Assembly (NCBI GenBank): GCA_035938875.1
Contig: DASZGL010000095.1
Coordinates: forward strand, 34,236 to 98,235
Origin: Candidatus Dormiibacterota bacterium
Lineage (GTDB): Bacteria > Chloroflexota > Dormibacteria > Aeolococcales > Aeolococcaceae
Reading direction: 5' to 3'
Length of the DNA stretch: 64,000 bases
Shown piece by piece: positions 39,592-49,356 of the stretch. The number at the start of each line of letters is the position of its first letter. Positions within the stretch are counted from its first letter, which is position 1. The translations under genes and the position numbers were made by a program. The notes below the pieces were generated by a model. It was not told the DNA's origin. It did no database searches and worked only from the letters and a program-made list of their open reading frames with translations.

Positions 39592-40290
39592 CTAGCTGCC
39601 GCCGCGGTCCGCGGGGTCCGTGTCGGGCGGATGTTCATCCGCGACCGCGTCGACCTTCGAGCTCTGGGCAAGGATGCGCTCGCCGAGGGCGCGTTCGCGC
39701 CGGGCCCTGGTCGCGTGCCACCAGGCCACGAACCCCACGACCAGCAGCGCCGCCGCGCCGAGACCGATGTAGCCGGCCTGGGAGACGACGGACACGGCCC
39801 GGTCGAGGTTGTTGCCGATGAGCAGGCCGATGGTGGTGATCGCGGCCACCCACACCGCGCCGCCGGCTGCGTTCGCCACGACGAAATGAGTCCATGGCAT
39901 GCGGTGAATGCCTGCCAGCGGCCCGGCGAGAATCCGGAGCAGAGCGACGAAGCGCCCGAAGAAGACGGCGAGGACGCCCCAACGGGCGAAGAAGCGGTCG
40001 GCGACGGCGATGCGACGCTGGTCGTACACGAGGCGCAGCACGGGTAGCCGCACCAGTCGGTCGCCGAACCGCCGGCCGACGAAGTAGCCGATGTTGTCAC
40101 CGGTGACCGCCCCTGCCCAGGCAGCGAGTGCCACCCCCCAGGGGGCGAGGCGGCCCTGCGCCGCCAGCACCGCGCCGATGACCAGCGCGGTCTCGCCGGG
40201 AACCGGCACCCCCATCGACTCGACACCGACGCCGGCGAAGACGATGCCGTAGCCGAAGCGCGAGACCAGGTCGAGGAGGAACTGGGTCAC
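39592..40290 (-). CDS. DedA/SNARE-associated (TVP38) family membrane protein
   Basis: 232 aa. The DedA signature region is FRYGYGIVFAGVGVESMGVPVPGE and GYFVGRRFG. Confidence 0.8.
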   Translation of the reverse strand: MTQFLLDLVSRFGYGIVFAGVGVESMGVPVPGETALVIGAVLAAQGRLAPWGVALAAWAGAVTGDNIGYFVGRRFGDRLVRLPVLRLVYDQRRIAVADRFFARWGVLAVFFGRFVALLRILAGPLAGIHRMPWTHFVVANAAGGAVWVAAITTIGLLIGNNLDRAVSVVSQAGYIGLGAAALLVVGFVAWWHATRARRERALGERILAQSSKVDAVADEHPPDTDPADRGGS

Positions 40291-40367
40291 CCGCGCAGTT
40301 TGGGCGACTCCCGCCGCCCATGGGCGACGCCGACGGCCGGCCGACTACGCGCCGCCACCCCCCGGGA

Positions 40368-41225
40368 TCAGCTGCTGATGGCCATCCTCTCGAGGCGGGC
40401 GATGCGCTCCTCGATCGGCGGGTGGGTGGAGAAGAGATGGGAGAAGGTGACTCGCTTGCCGCCGAAGGGGTTGACGATGTACAGCGGGGCGATCGCCGGA
40501 GCCACCTGCATGGGCACCTGGCGGGTCACCGTCTCCAGCTTGCGCAGCGCGTTGGCCAGCGAGAGCGGATCGTGGGTCAGCATGGCGCCGTCGTGGTCCG
40601 CCTCGTACTCGCGGGCACGGCTGATGGCCAGCTGGATGATGGCTGCCGCCGGGGCGGCGAGAAGCCCGATGGCGAGCAGCAGGAGGGGATTGCCCTCCTC
40701 GCCGTCACGGCCGCCGAAGCCGCCGAAGATCGCCGCCCACATCGCCATCTGGGCGAGGAAGGAGATGCCCATGGCGATGGTGGCCGCCAGCGAAGCGGTG
40801 AGGATGTCGCGGTTGCGCACGTGGCTGAGCTCGTGCCCGAGCACACCGCGCAGCTCCCGCGCGGTGACCAGATTGAGGATCCCCGTGGTGCAGCACACGG
40901 CCGCGTGCTTGGGGTTGCGTCCGGTGGCGAAGGCGTTGGGCGAGGGGTCCTGGCAGATGTAGACGCGCGGCTTGGGCATCCCCGCGTCGGCGCAGAGCTC
41001 CTCGACGATGCGGTGCAGCTCGGGCGCCTCTTCGGGCGTCACCGCCTGGCCGCGCGCAGCGGCGATCGCCAGCTTGTCACTGTTCCAGTAGGCGAAGGCG
41101 TTGACGGCGACGGCGAACAGCGCCGCAAAGATCAGGCCCGCCTTACCGCCGACGAGTCCGCCGACGATCAGGAAGATGCCGTCCAGCAGGCCCAGCAGGA
41201 AGGCCGTCTTGATGTTCTGCCACAT
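40368..41225 (-). CDS. htpX: Zinc metalloprotease HtpX (M48 family)
   Basis: 285 aa with an N-terminal TM and the HEXXH motif HELSHVRNRD. Confidence 0.9.
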   Translation of the reverse strand: MWQNIKTAFLLGLLDGIFLIVGGLVGGKAGLIFAALFAVAVNAFAYWNSDKLAIAAARGQAVTPEEAPELHRIVEELCADAGMPKPRVYICQDPSPNAFATGRNPKHAAVCCTTGILNLVTARELRGVLGHELSHVRNRDILTASLAATIAMGISFLAQMAMWAAIFGGFGGRDGEEGNPLLLLAIGLLAAPAAAIIQLAISRAREYEADHDGAMLTHDPLSLANALRKLETVTRQVPMQVAPAIAPLYIVNPFGGKRVTFSHLFSTHPPIEERIARLERMAISS

Positions 41226-41342
41226 GGTCGCGGTGTGCTCCTCAGCGGGGGCCGGGCAACAGACCCGCTGCCTCCCTCGGACACAGTACCCGGTTGGCGC
41301 ACAGCCTACGCGCCCGCGCGTGACCGGGGGATAAAGCGCGCC

Positions 41343-42434
41343 TCAGCCGCCGCGCTGCCGGGCGAGAGCGGCGGCCGCCGCCGCGAGTGTCGTCTCGACC
41401 TCCGCCGCATCGACCTTGCCCATGTGGCCGATGCGGATTCCCCGTCCGGCGAAGGCTCCCAGGCAGCCGGCGACGATCACCCCCGCCTCGGCCATGTCGG
41501 CGCGCAACTGCGCTTCGTCGACACCTGGGGGAACAGCGAGGACGCTGAGCGTCGGCGCCAGCAGTGCTTCCTGTGTGAGCAGGCTGAACCCCAAGCCGGC
41601 CATGCCCTCGCGGAGGGAATCAGCGACCCGCTCGTGGCGGGCGAAGCGGCGCTGCAGGCCCTCGGCGGCGATGGCGTCAAGCGACACCTCGAGGGCACGC
41701 AACATGCTGGTCGCGTGGGTCGAGAAGTACCGCGTGGGGTCGTCGACCACGGGATCCCACCGTGCCAGATCGGCGTAGTAGGCGGGAATGCTGCCCAGCT
41801 CACCGCGCCGCCGCCGAGCCGCCTCCGACACGGCAACGATGGCCAGCCCCGGGGGAACCCCGAGGGCCTTCTGCGCGCCGGTCAGGACGACGTCGTAGCC
41901 CCAGGCGTCCATCGCCTCGACGATGCCGCCGGTGGCGCAGACCCCGTCGAGGACGAGCAGCGCGCCGCTGTCCGCGCAGCACGAGGCGATCGCCTGCGCG
42001 TCGGCGAGGACGCCACTGCTGGTGTCGACATGGGTGACGGCGACCAGCGCCGGAGGACGACCGTTCGCACACGCGCGGCGCACACTTTCCATGGCGACAT
42101 GACCGCCCCATTCGCTGCGCACCACGTCGGCGTCGATGCCGAACGCGGCAGCGATGTCGGCGAAGCGGTCACCGAAGAATCCATGGCTGCAGACGACGAT
42201 CCGATCGCCGGGTCGGGCGAAATTGACGATCGCGGCTTCCATCGCCAGCGTTCCCGAGCCGGCGAAGACGTGGACCCGCGCATCCGTGCTGCCGACGCAG
42301 GCGCGCACTCCCGCCTGGATGCCGCGCACCGTCGTCGCATTGTCGGCGGAGGTGTGACTGCGCACCGGCAGCGCAAGCGCGGCAAGCACGTCCTCGCTCA
42401 CCGGCACCGGCCCGGGGATCATGAGCAGCGGCAT
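41343..42434 (-). CDS. Class-V aminotransferase (alanine-glyoxylate / serine-pyruvate aminotransferase-like)
   Basis: 363 aa. MPLLMIPGPVPV is the typical N-terminus, and there is a PLP-lysine region. Confidence 0.85.
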   Translation of the reverse strand: MPLLMIPGPVPVSEDVLAALALPVRSHTSADNATTVRGIQAGVRACVGSTDARVHVFAGSGTLAMEAAIVNFARPGDRIVVCSHGFFGDRFADIAAAFGIDADVVRSEWGGHVAMESVRRACANGRPPALVAVTHVDTSSGVLADAQAIASCCADSGALLVLDGVCATGGIVEAMDAWGYDVVLTGAQKALGVPPGLAIVAVSEAARRRRGELGSIPAYYADLARWDPVVDDPTRYFSTHATSMLRALEVSLDAIAAEGLQRRFARHERVADSLREGMAGLGFSLLTQEALLAPTLSVLAVPPGVDEAQLRADMAEAGVIVAGCLGAFAGRGIRIGHMGKVDAAEVETTLAAAAAALARQRGG

Positions 42435-42469
42435 GGCGGGCGATTGTCGCGCAGCATCCTGCCGGCAGG

Positions 42470-43393
42470 GTGTTCAAGAGCGACGGCCTGCTAGGCTGTC
42501 GGGCGCTCGACAACTCCACGGAGCCCACAGCTTTGCCGTTTGCCGACAACAAGGGAACACGGATCCACTACGAGACGCATGGAAACGGCGAGCCGCTGCT
42601 CCTGATCATGGGTTACGGGCTGAGCAGCGACGCCTGGACGCCGCTGCTGCCGCTGCTCGCCGGCTACCAGGCGATCATCTTCGACAACCGCGGCACCGGC
42701 CAGTCAGGCCCACCCGGCGACGACTTCACCCTGCACACGCTCGGCGGCGACGCTGCTGCCGTGTTGGACGACATCGGCGTGACCAGGGCGCACGTGATGG
42801 GACTGTCGATGGGCGGGATGATCGCCCAGGCGATGGCCATCGATCATCCCGACCGCGTCGCGACCCTCGTGCTCGGTTGCACCAGCCCCGCACCGATCCG
42901 CTTCATGGGCGATCCCGAGGCCGGCATCCAGCTGTTCCAGGGCACGATGCTCATGGGCAGCGACCCCGACGCCGCCCTCGACATCCTCATCCCGCTGGTG
43001 TTCAGCAACGAGTTTCTCCGCGAGAACCCCTCGATTCGCGACCTGGCGCGGCTGATCGTCGGCCAGGCGAAGCTGTCCGACGACGCAGCCCTGGCGATGA
43101 TGCGCGCCTTCGGTGACATCTCCAAGGGCACCATGTTCGACGTCAGCGATCGACTTGGCGAGATCGCTGTCCCGACTCTGGTCCAGCACGGCACCGCCGA
43201 CCGCCTCGTCCCCGTCGAGGCGGGCCGCTACATCGCGGAGCACATCCCCGGCGCCGAGTACCAGGAGTTCGAGGGAGCGGGTCACGTGTACAGCATGGAG
43301 CGACCCGCCGAGGCGTTCCCCCGCGTCCTCGGCTTTCTGGCAGCGCATCCCATCAGCCCGGGCGCACTGGCTGAGCGCAGCAGATCGGCGTGA
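42470..43393 (+). CDS. Alpha/beta-fold hydrolase
   Basis: 307 aa with motifs LLLIMGYGLSSDAW, GLSMGGMIAQ (nucleophile elbow) and HGTAD. GTG start. Confidence 0.8.
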   Translation: MFKSDGLLGCRALDNSTEPTALPFADNKGTRIHYETHGNGEPLLLIMGYGLSSDAWTPLLPLLAGYQAIIFDNRGTGQSGPPGDDFTLHTLGGDAAAVLDDIGVTRAHVMGLSMGGMIAQAMAIDHPDRVATLVLGCTSPAPIRFMGDPEAGIQLFQGTMLMGSDPDAALDILIPLVFSNEFLRENPSIRDLARLIVGQAKLSDDAALAMMRAFGDISKGTMFDVSDRLGEIAVPTLVQHGTADRLVPVEAGRYIAEHIPGAEYQEFEGAGHVYSMERPAEAFPRVLGFLAAHPISPGALAERSRSA

Positions 43394-43394
43394 T

Positions 43395-44153
43395 GTGAGC
43401 GTCCTGCTGCGCGAGCGGCGCGGCGCGGTCGAACTGCTCACCCTCAACCGGCCGGAGAAGCGCAACGCGCTGTCCTCGGAGCTGCTGCAAGCTCTCGGCT
43501 CGGCTCTGCGCGACGTCGCCGCCGACAGCGGTGTGCGCGCCGTGGTGATCACCGGCGCCGATCCCGCGTTCTGCGCGGGCGTCGACCTCGGCGAGCTCTC
43601 CGGCGGGGCACGTCCTCTCGATGGCGACGGCGCCGTGGTGGCGATGCGCGAGGTGCCCCAGCCGACGATCGCCGCCGTCAACGGCGCGTGCGTCACCGGC
43701 GGGCTCGAGCTGGCCCTCAACTGCGACATTCGCATCGCGTCGGAGCGCGCTCGCTTCGCCGACACGCACGCACGAGTCGGCGTTCATCCGGGATGGGGAA
43801 TGACCGCCATCCTGCCCCGCGTCGTGGGCGCCGGCAGGGCAAAGCACATGAGCCTGTCCGGTGATTACGTCGACGCTGACGCGGCGCTGCGCATGGGTCT
43901 CATCTCCCGCCTCGTGGAGCACGCCTCGCTGATCGACACCGCGGTGGCTCTCGCCGAGTCGATCGCGTCCGCAGACTCGTCGACGCTGCAGGCGATCAAG
44001 CGCATCTACGACGAAGACAGCGCCCTGCTCGCCGCGCTTGCCCGCGAACGCGCCGGTTTCGAGACAGCACGCTTGATGCTCGATCCCGCGGCGATCGCGG
44101 GGCGCGTCGAGGGCGTCAAGGCGCGGGGTCGGGAGCAGGCCGGGGCGTCGTAG
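43395..44153 (+). CDS. Enoyl-CoA hydratase/isomerase (crotonase family)
   Basis: Start at the in-frame GTG 43395, with a 2-nt gap after the hydrolase stop. Motifs are ITGADPAFCAGVDL and GACVTGGLELAL. Confidence 0.88.
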   Translation: MSVLLRERRGAVELLTLNRPEKRNALSSELLQALGSALRDVAADSGVRAVVITGADPAFCAGVDLGELSGGARPLDGDGAVVAMREVPQPTIAAVNGACVTGGLELALNCDIRIASERARFADTHARVGVHPGWGMTAILPRVVGAGRAKHMSLSGDYVDADAALRMGLISRLVEHASLIDTAVALAESIASADSSTLQAIKRIYDEDSALLAALARERAGFETARLMLDPAAIAGRVEGVKARGREQAGAS

Positions 44154-44159
44154 CCCAAA

Positions 44160-45197
44160 TCACCACGCGGCGTCGACGATGCTCCGCCATTCCTCGGGGA
44201 TGAGGCCGATGAGCCGATCGCGCGCCTCGACGCCGACGCCGGCATCGCGAAGCGACGTCGGCAACCCGAGTGAGTGAACCAGGTCTCGGCAGGCACCGGC
44301 GACATCGGCGATGGAGTCGACTCCGTACGCGGCGGTGAGCGGAGCGACACGAGCCGGCGCGGTCCTGGTGACGTGGTCGATGGATGCCGGCAGCAGCACG
44401 CACGAGGTGATGCCGTGGCCGATCCCGGCGATCGGACCGAGCAGCCGGCCGAGCGGATGGCTGGGAGCCACGGTGACGCCGGCAAGACCGACCACGCTCC
44501 ACCACGCGGCGACCTGCAGCTGCTCGCGGGCATCGATGTCCGCGCCATCGGCGTGCGTGCGCGGCAGCCATTGACGCAGGCGCTGGATGGCCTCGACGGC
44601 GAGGAGCGAGGCGAGGCGATCGTCCTCCGGCGCATACACCGTCTCGGTGGCGTGGTCGAGAGCGCGGACACCGGTGGACAGCCAGAGTCGCTCCGGCGTG
44701 TGCACCGTGACCTCGGGGTCGAGGATCACCGCCCGCGGCGTCAGCCTCGGCGCGGCGACGCCACCCTTGATGCGCGTTGCGTCGTCGGTGACTCCCGCCA
44801 TGGGCGTGAACTCCGAGGCGGACAGAGTGGTGGGCATCGCCACCTGCGGCGTGGCTCCGCCGTCGTAGCCGTGCAGCGCGGCCTTGGCGGCGTCGATGGG
44901 GCTGCCACCGCCGACGCTGAGCACGCCGTCGGCATCGCAGCGACGCAGCAGGTCGACGAGTGAGGCCACGGCGGTCGCCGGAACATGCTCGCGAACATCG
45001 GCGAATGTCGCCGCGTGCCGTGGTCCGAGCAGCGATTCCACCTCGCCGATCACCGGAGTCCTCTCCCGCAGTGTGCGACCGGTGACCACCACCACACGGC
45101 TCATGCCCAGGGCATCGCCGAGCTCGCCGATGCGCTGCCGCGAGCCGGCGCCGACGACGACGCGCTCGGTGGCCGCGGCAACGTGCTGCCAAACCAT
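44160..45197 (-). CDS. Iron-containing alcohol dehydrogenase family oxidoreductase (maleylacetate reductase-like)
   Basis: The start is set at ATG 45197 (MVWQHVAAATERVVVGAGS). The Fe-ADH glycine motif is LSVGGGSPIDAAK. The track ORF has a 175-aa spurious extension. Confidence 0.8.
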   Translation of the reverse strand: MVWQHVAAATERVVVGAGSRQRIGELGDALGMSRVVVVTGRTLRERTPVIGEVESLLGPRHAATFADVREHVPATAVASLVDLLRRCDADGVLSVGGGSPIDAAKAALHGYDGGATPQVAMPTTLSASEFTPMAGVTDDATRIKGGVAAPRLTPRAVILDPEVTVHTPERLWLSTGVRALDHATETVYAPEDDRLASLLAVEAIQRLRQWLPRTHADGADIDAREQLQVAAWWSVVGLAGVTVAPSHPLGRLLGPIAGIGHGITSCVLLPASIDHVTRTAPARVAPLTAAYGVDSIADVAGACRDLVHSLGLPTSLRDAGVGVEARDRLIGLIPEEWRSIVDAAW

Positions 45198-45607
45198 CAC
45201 GCAGGTCGGGTGAGCACCATCTGCGTCTGGATCACCAGGGCGACACGGCGACCGTCGTCGTCGCGCAGGTCGGTCTCGACGACGATGCTCGTCCGGCCGA
45301 CGTGCAGCGGCCGGGATGTGGCGTGCACCCGCCCCTTGCGCACCGCGCGGAAGAGGTTGGTCTTCGACTCGATGGTCGCGGTCGTGGCTCCCTCGGGCAG
45401 ATTGAGAAACGCGCAGATGGCACCGAGGCTGTCGGCGAGCGACATCAGCGCACCGCCATGGATGATTCCGCTGATCGTGCAGCGCTCGGGGGCCCACTCG
45501 AATCCACCGATGACCTCCTCGGCGCTGGCGCTGTCGAGCTCGATGCCGCAGGCGAGGGCGAAGGGCATCGTGGCAAGCAGTTGCCCGGGGTCGACGGTCT
45601 CGGTCAA
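45197..45607 (-). CDS. PaaI-type hotdog-fold thioesterase
   Basis: The signature is HGGALMSLADS. I set the start at TTG 45607, preceded by a GGAGGA Shine-Dalgarno, although ATG 45568 is also possible. TGATG junction with the ADH start. Confidence 0.7.
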   Translation of the reverse strand: MTETVDPGQLLATMPFALACGIELDSASAEEVIGGFEWAPERCTISGIIHGGALMSLADSLGAICAFLNLPEGATTATIESKTNLFRAVRKGRVHATSRPLHVGRTSIVVETDLRDDDGRRVALVIQTQMVLTRPA

Positions 45608-45710
45608 GGACGCAGTCCTCCTGTTCGAGGTGAAGCGCCGAGTATCGCCATCCGAGGATCCCCGGCGCACGTAATCTGCGCGCCGTGTCTGCCGGCTCGC
45701 GGCGTCCTGG

Positions 45711-46625
45711 ATGAGTGCGCAACCGAGGCGCCCCGAGGCGGTCCGCGGCCTTCTCCTGGTTGCCCTGTCGGCGGTCGGCTTCGGCACGCTCGGCATCTTC
45801 GGCAAGCTCGGCTCGCGCGCCGGGCTTACCCTTCCCACCCTGCTTGCACTCCGCTTCGGCTTGGCGGCTGTGGTCCTCGGCAGCATCCTCGCCTTGCGCG
45901 GCGAGCTCCGCAGGCCATCGCTGCGGCGTGCCGCGCCGGTGGCGCTGATGGGGGTGCTCTACGTCGGCCAGGCCTCGTGCTTCTTCGGCAGCCTGCGCAC
46001 CGTCCCCGCTGCGGTGACCAGCATCCTCCTCTACACCTACCCGGTGATCGTCACCCTGCTGGCACGGCTTCTCTTCGCCGAAGGCCTGACCAGGGTGCGG
46101 CTGGCAGCGCTGTTCGCCGCCAGCGTCGGGGTCGTCGTCGTCGTCGACCCGTTCGGCGCCCGCAACCTCGACCCCCTGGGAGTGGCCCTCGGCCTGGGTT
46201 CGGCGGTCGTGTACTCCGCGTACATCCTCTGCGGCAGCCTCCTGCTGCGCGACGTCGCCGCCCTGCCGGCCACCACGGGAATCGCCGCCACCGCCGCGCT
46301 CAGCTTCACCGGCGCGGGCGCGGTGACCGGTCAGCTGCGTGGATTCGACGCCACCGGCTGGTTGGTCGTGGTTGGCATCGCAGCGGTGCCCACGGTGATC
46401 GCCGCCACCGCGTTCCTGGCCGGGCTGCGCCGCGTCGGCCCATCGGTCGCCTCGACGGTCAGCACGCTTGAGCCGGCGTCAACCGCGGTCCTCGCCGCGC
46501 TCGTGCTCGGCGAGACGCTGTCGCCAGCGCAATTGGGGGGCGGCCTCATCGTGCTCGTCGCCGCCGCCATCCTCGCCCGCGCAACGGCCACCGCGGCGCG
46601 GGTCGAAGCGACGGCCGAGCACTGA
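45711..46625 (+). CDS. EamA/DMT-family transporter
   Basis: 304 aa with 10 TM helices and two EamA repeats. Confidence 0.8.
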   Translation: MSAQPRRPEAVRGLLLVALSAVGFGTLGIFGKLGSRAGLTLPTLLALRFGLAAVVLGSILALRGELRRPSLRRAAPVALMGVLYVGQASCFFGSLRTVPAAVTSILLYTYPVIVTLLARLLFAEGLTRVRLAALFAASVGVVVVVDPFGARNLDPLGVALGLGSAVVYSAYILCGSLLLRDVAALPATTGIAATAALSFTGAGAVTGQLRGFDATGWLVVVGIAAVPTVIAATAFLAGLRRVGPSVASTVSTLEPASTAVLAALVLGETLSPAQLGGGLIVLVAAAILARATATAARVEATAEH

Positions 46626-46639
46626 CAACAACCCCGCCA

Positions 46640-46735
46640 CCGCGCGCCCGCGCCGAACGCGCCCGCACCGAAAGCGCCCGCACCGAAAGCGCCCGCACCG
46701 AAAGCGCTCGCGCCGAAAGCGCGCCCGCGCCGAAG
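46640..46735. repeat. Tandem repeat of about 6 units of a 15-nt motif (GCGCCCGCACCGAAA) in a convergent intergenic region
   Basis: The array reads CGCGCCCGCGCCGAA CGCGCCCGCACCGAAA GCGCCCGCACCGAAA GCGCCCGCACCGAAA GCGCTCGCGCCGAAA GCGCGCCCGCGCCGAA. The period is divisible by 3, but no supported ORF covers it. Confidence 0.7.
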
Positions 46736-46750
46736 GGCGCGGCGGCCGTC

Positions 46751-46818
46751 AAGGACGGCCGGAGGGGGGTAAGGCCGATCCGGGCTTTGCCCGGTCGGCA
46801 ATGAATAGGGGGGAGCAT
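46751..46818. repeat. Structured GC-rich dispersed repeat, copy B (convergent intergenic region between the EamA and carboxyltransferase genes)
   Basis: The sequence is GGAGGGGGGTAAGGCCGATCCGGGCTTTGCCCGGTCGGCAATGAATAGGGGGGAGCATCCCCCCTCC. Relative to copy A, all three G/C runs are lengthened in step (G6/G6/C6 versus G5/G5/C5). Confidence 0.6.
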
Positions 46819-46849
46819 CCCCCCTCCGTTAAGGCGAGCATCTCCCCTG

Positions 46850-48430
46850 TCAGACCGGGAACACCCCGTGGCGGCGTGGGGCATCGCTGCGCACGCGTGA
46901 CGCGTACACGGCAAAACGGTTGACCAGCTCCTCACGGAGACGTTCACCAGGGACGATGGCATCGACAATCAGCTCTGAGGCGAGCTTGAAGATGTCGATG
47001 TCGTCGCGGTACTCGTCCTGCAGGCGCTGCACGTACGCCTCGCGCTGCTCCTCGGGGAGCTCCTGGATCTTGTTGTAGTACACGGCGTTGACCGCAGCCT
47101 CAGGTCCCATCACCGCGATCTGCGCCGATGGCAGCGCGATGGTGCAGTCAGGGTCGAAGGCCGGGCCGCACATCGCGTAGAGCCCGGCACCGTACGCCTT
47201 GCGCAGCACCACGCACACCTTGGGAACGGTCGCCGACGACAGGGCGGCGATCATCTTGGCCCCGTGACGGATGATTCCCTGACGTTCGACGGCGGTGCCG
47301 ATCATGAATCCGGGCACGTCGGCGAGCCAGAGAAGGGGGATGTTGAACGCGTCACAGAGGCTGACAAATCGCGTGCACTTGTCCGCGGAGTCGACGAAGA
47401 GCACACCGCCCTTGAAGCGCGGCTGCGAGGCGACGACACCGATGACGCGGCCGTCGAGCCGGGCAAAGCCTGTGATCACCTCGCGGGCGAAGAGCTTCTT
47501 GACCTCGAAGAAGGACTCGTCGTCGACGAGAGCGCGGACCACCTCCATGGCGTCGTAGCCCCGCGCTGCCTCCAACGGGATGATCGCCTCGATGTCCTTG
47601 GCATCGGCGGCGACGTCGCGAGGAGCGGATGCGCGCGGAACATCGCCCCAGCTCTGCGGCATGTAGCTCATGTAGTCGCGCGCAGCGCGCAGCGCGGTGT
47701 CCTCGTCCTTGACCAGGATGTCGCCGCAGCCGCTGACGCTGCAGTGCATTCGGGCGCCACCCATCTCCTCGAGGGTGACCTTCTCCCCTATCACCACCTC
47801 GGCCATGCGCGGCGAGCCGAGGTACATCGAGGCGTTGCCCTCGACCATGATCACGGCGTCGCAGAACGCCGGGATGTAGGCGCCACCGGCAGCGCTCGGG
47901 CCGAAGAGCACGCACAGTTGGGGCACCCGGCCGCTGAGTCGCACCTCCATGTGGAAGATCCGGCCCGCGTGACGCCGCCCTGGGAACATCGCCACCTGGT
48001 CGGTGATGCGCGCCCCGGCGCTGTCGACGAGGTAGACCAGCGGGATCTGCAGACGCTCAGCGGTCTCCTGGATGCGCACGATCTTCTCGACGGTGCGTGC
48101 GCCCCACGAGCCGGCCTTGACGCTGGAGTCGTTGGCCATCACCGCGCAGGGACGGCCGTGGAGGACACCGATGCCGGTGACCACTCCGTCGGCGGGAAGG
48201 TCATCGGCCTCGCAGTTGGCGAGCAACCCGTCCTCGACGAACGCCGTGGCCTCGTCGAAGAGTCGGGCTATGCGCTCGCGGACGAAGAGCTTGCCCGCCA
48301 GCGCGTTCTTCTCCCGGGCCCGCGCCGGGCCACCGCTCAGCGCCTTGCCGAGGCGCGCCGCCACCTCCTCACGGCTGTGCACGCCGTGTACCGCCTGCGG
48401 CTGCTCGGGCTGCGGCACCGCGTCGCTCAC
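46850..48430 (-). CDS. Acyl-CoA carboxylase carboxyltransferase (beta) subunit, methylcrotonyl-CoA carboxylase beta-like
   Basis: The start is set at GTG 48430, with a 4-nt overlap with the HMG-CoA lyase gene. The N- and C-terminal carboxyltransferase halves are present (GGARI..., IAVMG...). The subunit assignment to MCC rests on the adjacent lyase. Confidence 0.85.
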   Translation of the reverse strand: MSDAVPQPEQPQAVHGVHSREEVAARLGKALSGGPARAREKNALAGKLFVRERIARLFDEATAFVEDGLLANCEADDLPADGVVTGIGVLHGRPCAVMANDSSVKAGSWGARTVEKIVRIQETAERLQIPLVYLVDSAGARITDQVAMFPGRRHAGRIFHMEVRLSGRVPQLCVLFGPSAAGGAYIPAFCDAVIMVEGNASMYLGSPRMAEVVIGEKVTLEEMGGARMHCSVSGCGDILVKDEDTALRAARDYMSYMPQSWGDVPRASAPRDVAADAKDIEAIIPLEAARGYDAMEVVRALVDDESFFEVKKLFAREVITGFARLDGRVIGVVASQPRFKGGVLFVDSADKCTRFVSLCDAFNIPLLWLADVPGFMIGTAVERQGIIRHGAKMIAALSSATVPKVCVVLRKAYGAGLYAMCGPAFDPDCTIALPSAQIAVMGPEAAVNAVYYNKIQELPEEQREAYVQRLQDEYRDDIDIFKLASELIVDAIVPGERLREELVNRFAVYASRVRSDAPRRHGVFPV

Positions 48431-49356
48431 GAGACCGTCCCCGCGCCCGCTGCAGCCACCTGCTCGGGTCGCCACACACCGGCGCGATGCAGCTTCCCCG
48501 GCAGCGCCATGCCCAGGTCCTCGCCGAGGCGTTCGGCAACCGCGCAATAGGCATCGATGTCGACGCCGACGTCGACGCCGGTCCGTTGCAACGCGTACAG
48601 GGCATCCTCGCTGCAGACGTTCCCAGTCGAGCGCGGTGCGAACGGGCAGCCGCCGAGACCACCCACCGAACCTTCGAACCGGCGCACACCGACGTCGTAC
48701 GCCGCCAGCACGCTGGCCACCGCCATGCCCCTGGTGTCGTGCACGTGCAGGCTCACGGAATCGGCGTCGACGACCGCCTGGACGCGCATCACCAGGTCGC
48801 GGACCTGGGCTGGGTCGGCGACGCCGATGGTGTCGGCGAGGCCCACCTCACGGACGCCGAGACGCACCAGCTCGCGGCAGATGTCGACGACGCGGCGGGG
48901 ATTGACCCAGCCCTCGTACGGACAGCCGAAGCAGACGGAGATGGCGACGTCGACAGTGCAACCCGCGGCACCGCCGCGTTCGACGATCTCCTCGATGCCC
49001 CTGAGTGACTCGGCGACGCTGCGGTTGACGTTGCGCCGGTTGAACGTCTCGGTGGCCGCCACGGTGACCAGCACGTTGTGGACACCGTTGTCCAGAGCCA
49101 GCTCGAGACCGCGCGGGTTGGGGATGAGCACGCGAAGACGCGGCAGAGCGTCCGCCCCGCACCCGGCGATGACCGCCGCGGCGTCGGCAAGCTGTGGCAC
49201 CCACTTGGCGGACACGAAGGAGGTCGCCTCGACGCGCGGTGCGCCGGCGTCGAGCAGACCGCGGGCCAACCGTACCTTGACCTCGGTGGGCACCTCGGCG
49301 GCGATGTTCTGCAAGCCGTCGCGCGGACCGACGTCCGTCCAGAGAAGCTCGCTCAC
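48427..49356 (-). CDS. Hydroxymethylglutaryl-CoA lyase
   Basis: 309 aa with a DRE/TIM-barrel N-terminus (VGPRDGLQN) and the HxH motif HVHDTRG. Confidence 0.9.
   Translation of the reverse strand: MSELLWTDVGPRDGLQNIAAEVPTEVKVRLARGLLDAGAPRVEATSFVSAKWVPQLADAAAVIAGCGADALPRLRVLIPNPRGLELALDNGVHNVLVTVAATETFNRRNVNRSVAESLRGIEEIVERGGAAGCTVDVAISVCFGCPYEGWVNPRRVVDICRELVRLGVREVGLADTIGVADPAQVRDLVMRVQAVVDADSVSLHVHDTRGMAVASVLAAYDVGVRRFEGSVGGLGGCPFAPRSTGNVCSEDALYALQRTGVDVGVDIDAYCAVAERLGEDLGMALPGKLHRAGVWRPEQVAAAGAGTVS

Noticed and set aside
40320-42494. 724-aa plus-strand ORF
   Set aside because: It is antisense to htpX and the class-V aminotransferase, both of which have clear motifs.
46331-46968. ORFs 46331-46801 (-), 46468-46923 (+) and 46546-46968 (-), encoding FGAGAFGAGA or KRPHRKRPHR peptides
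   Set aside because: They are translations of the 15-nt tandem array and the structured repeat in a convergent intergenic region. They have no starts with Shine-Dalgarno sites and show repeat-driven periodicity, not protein signal.
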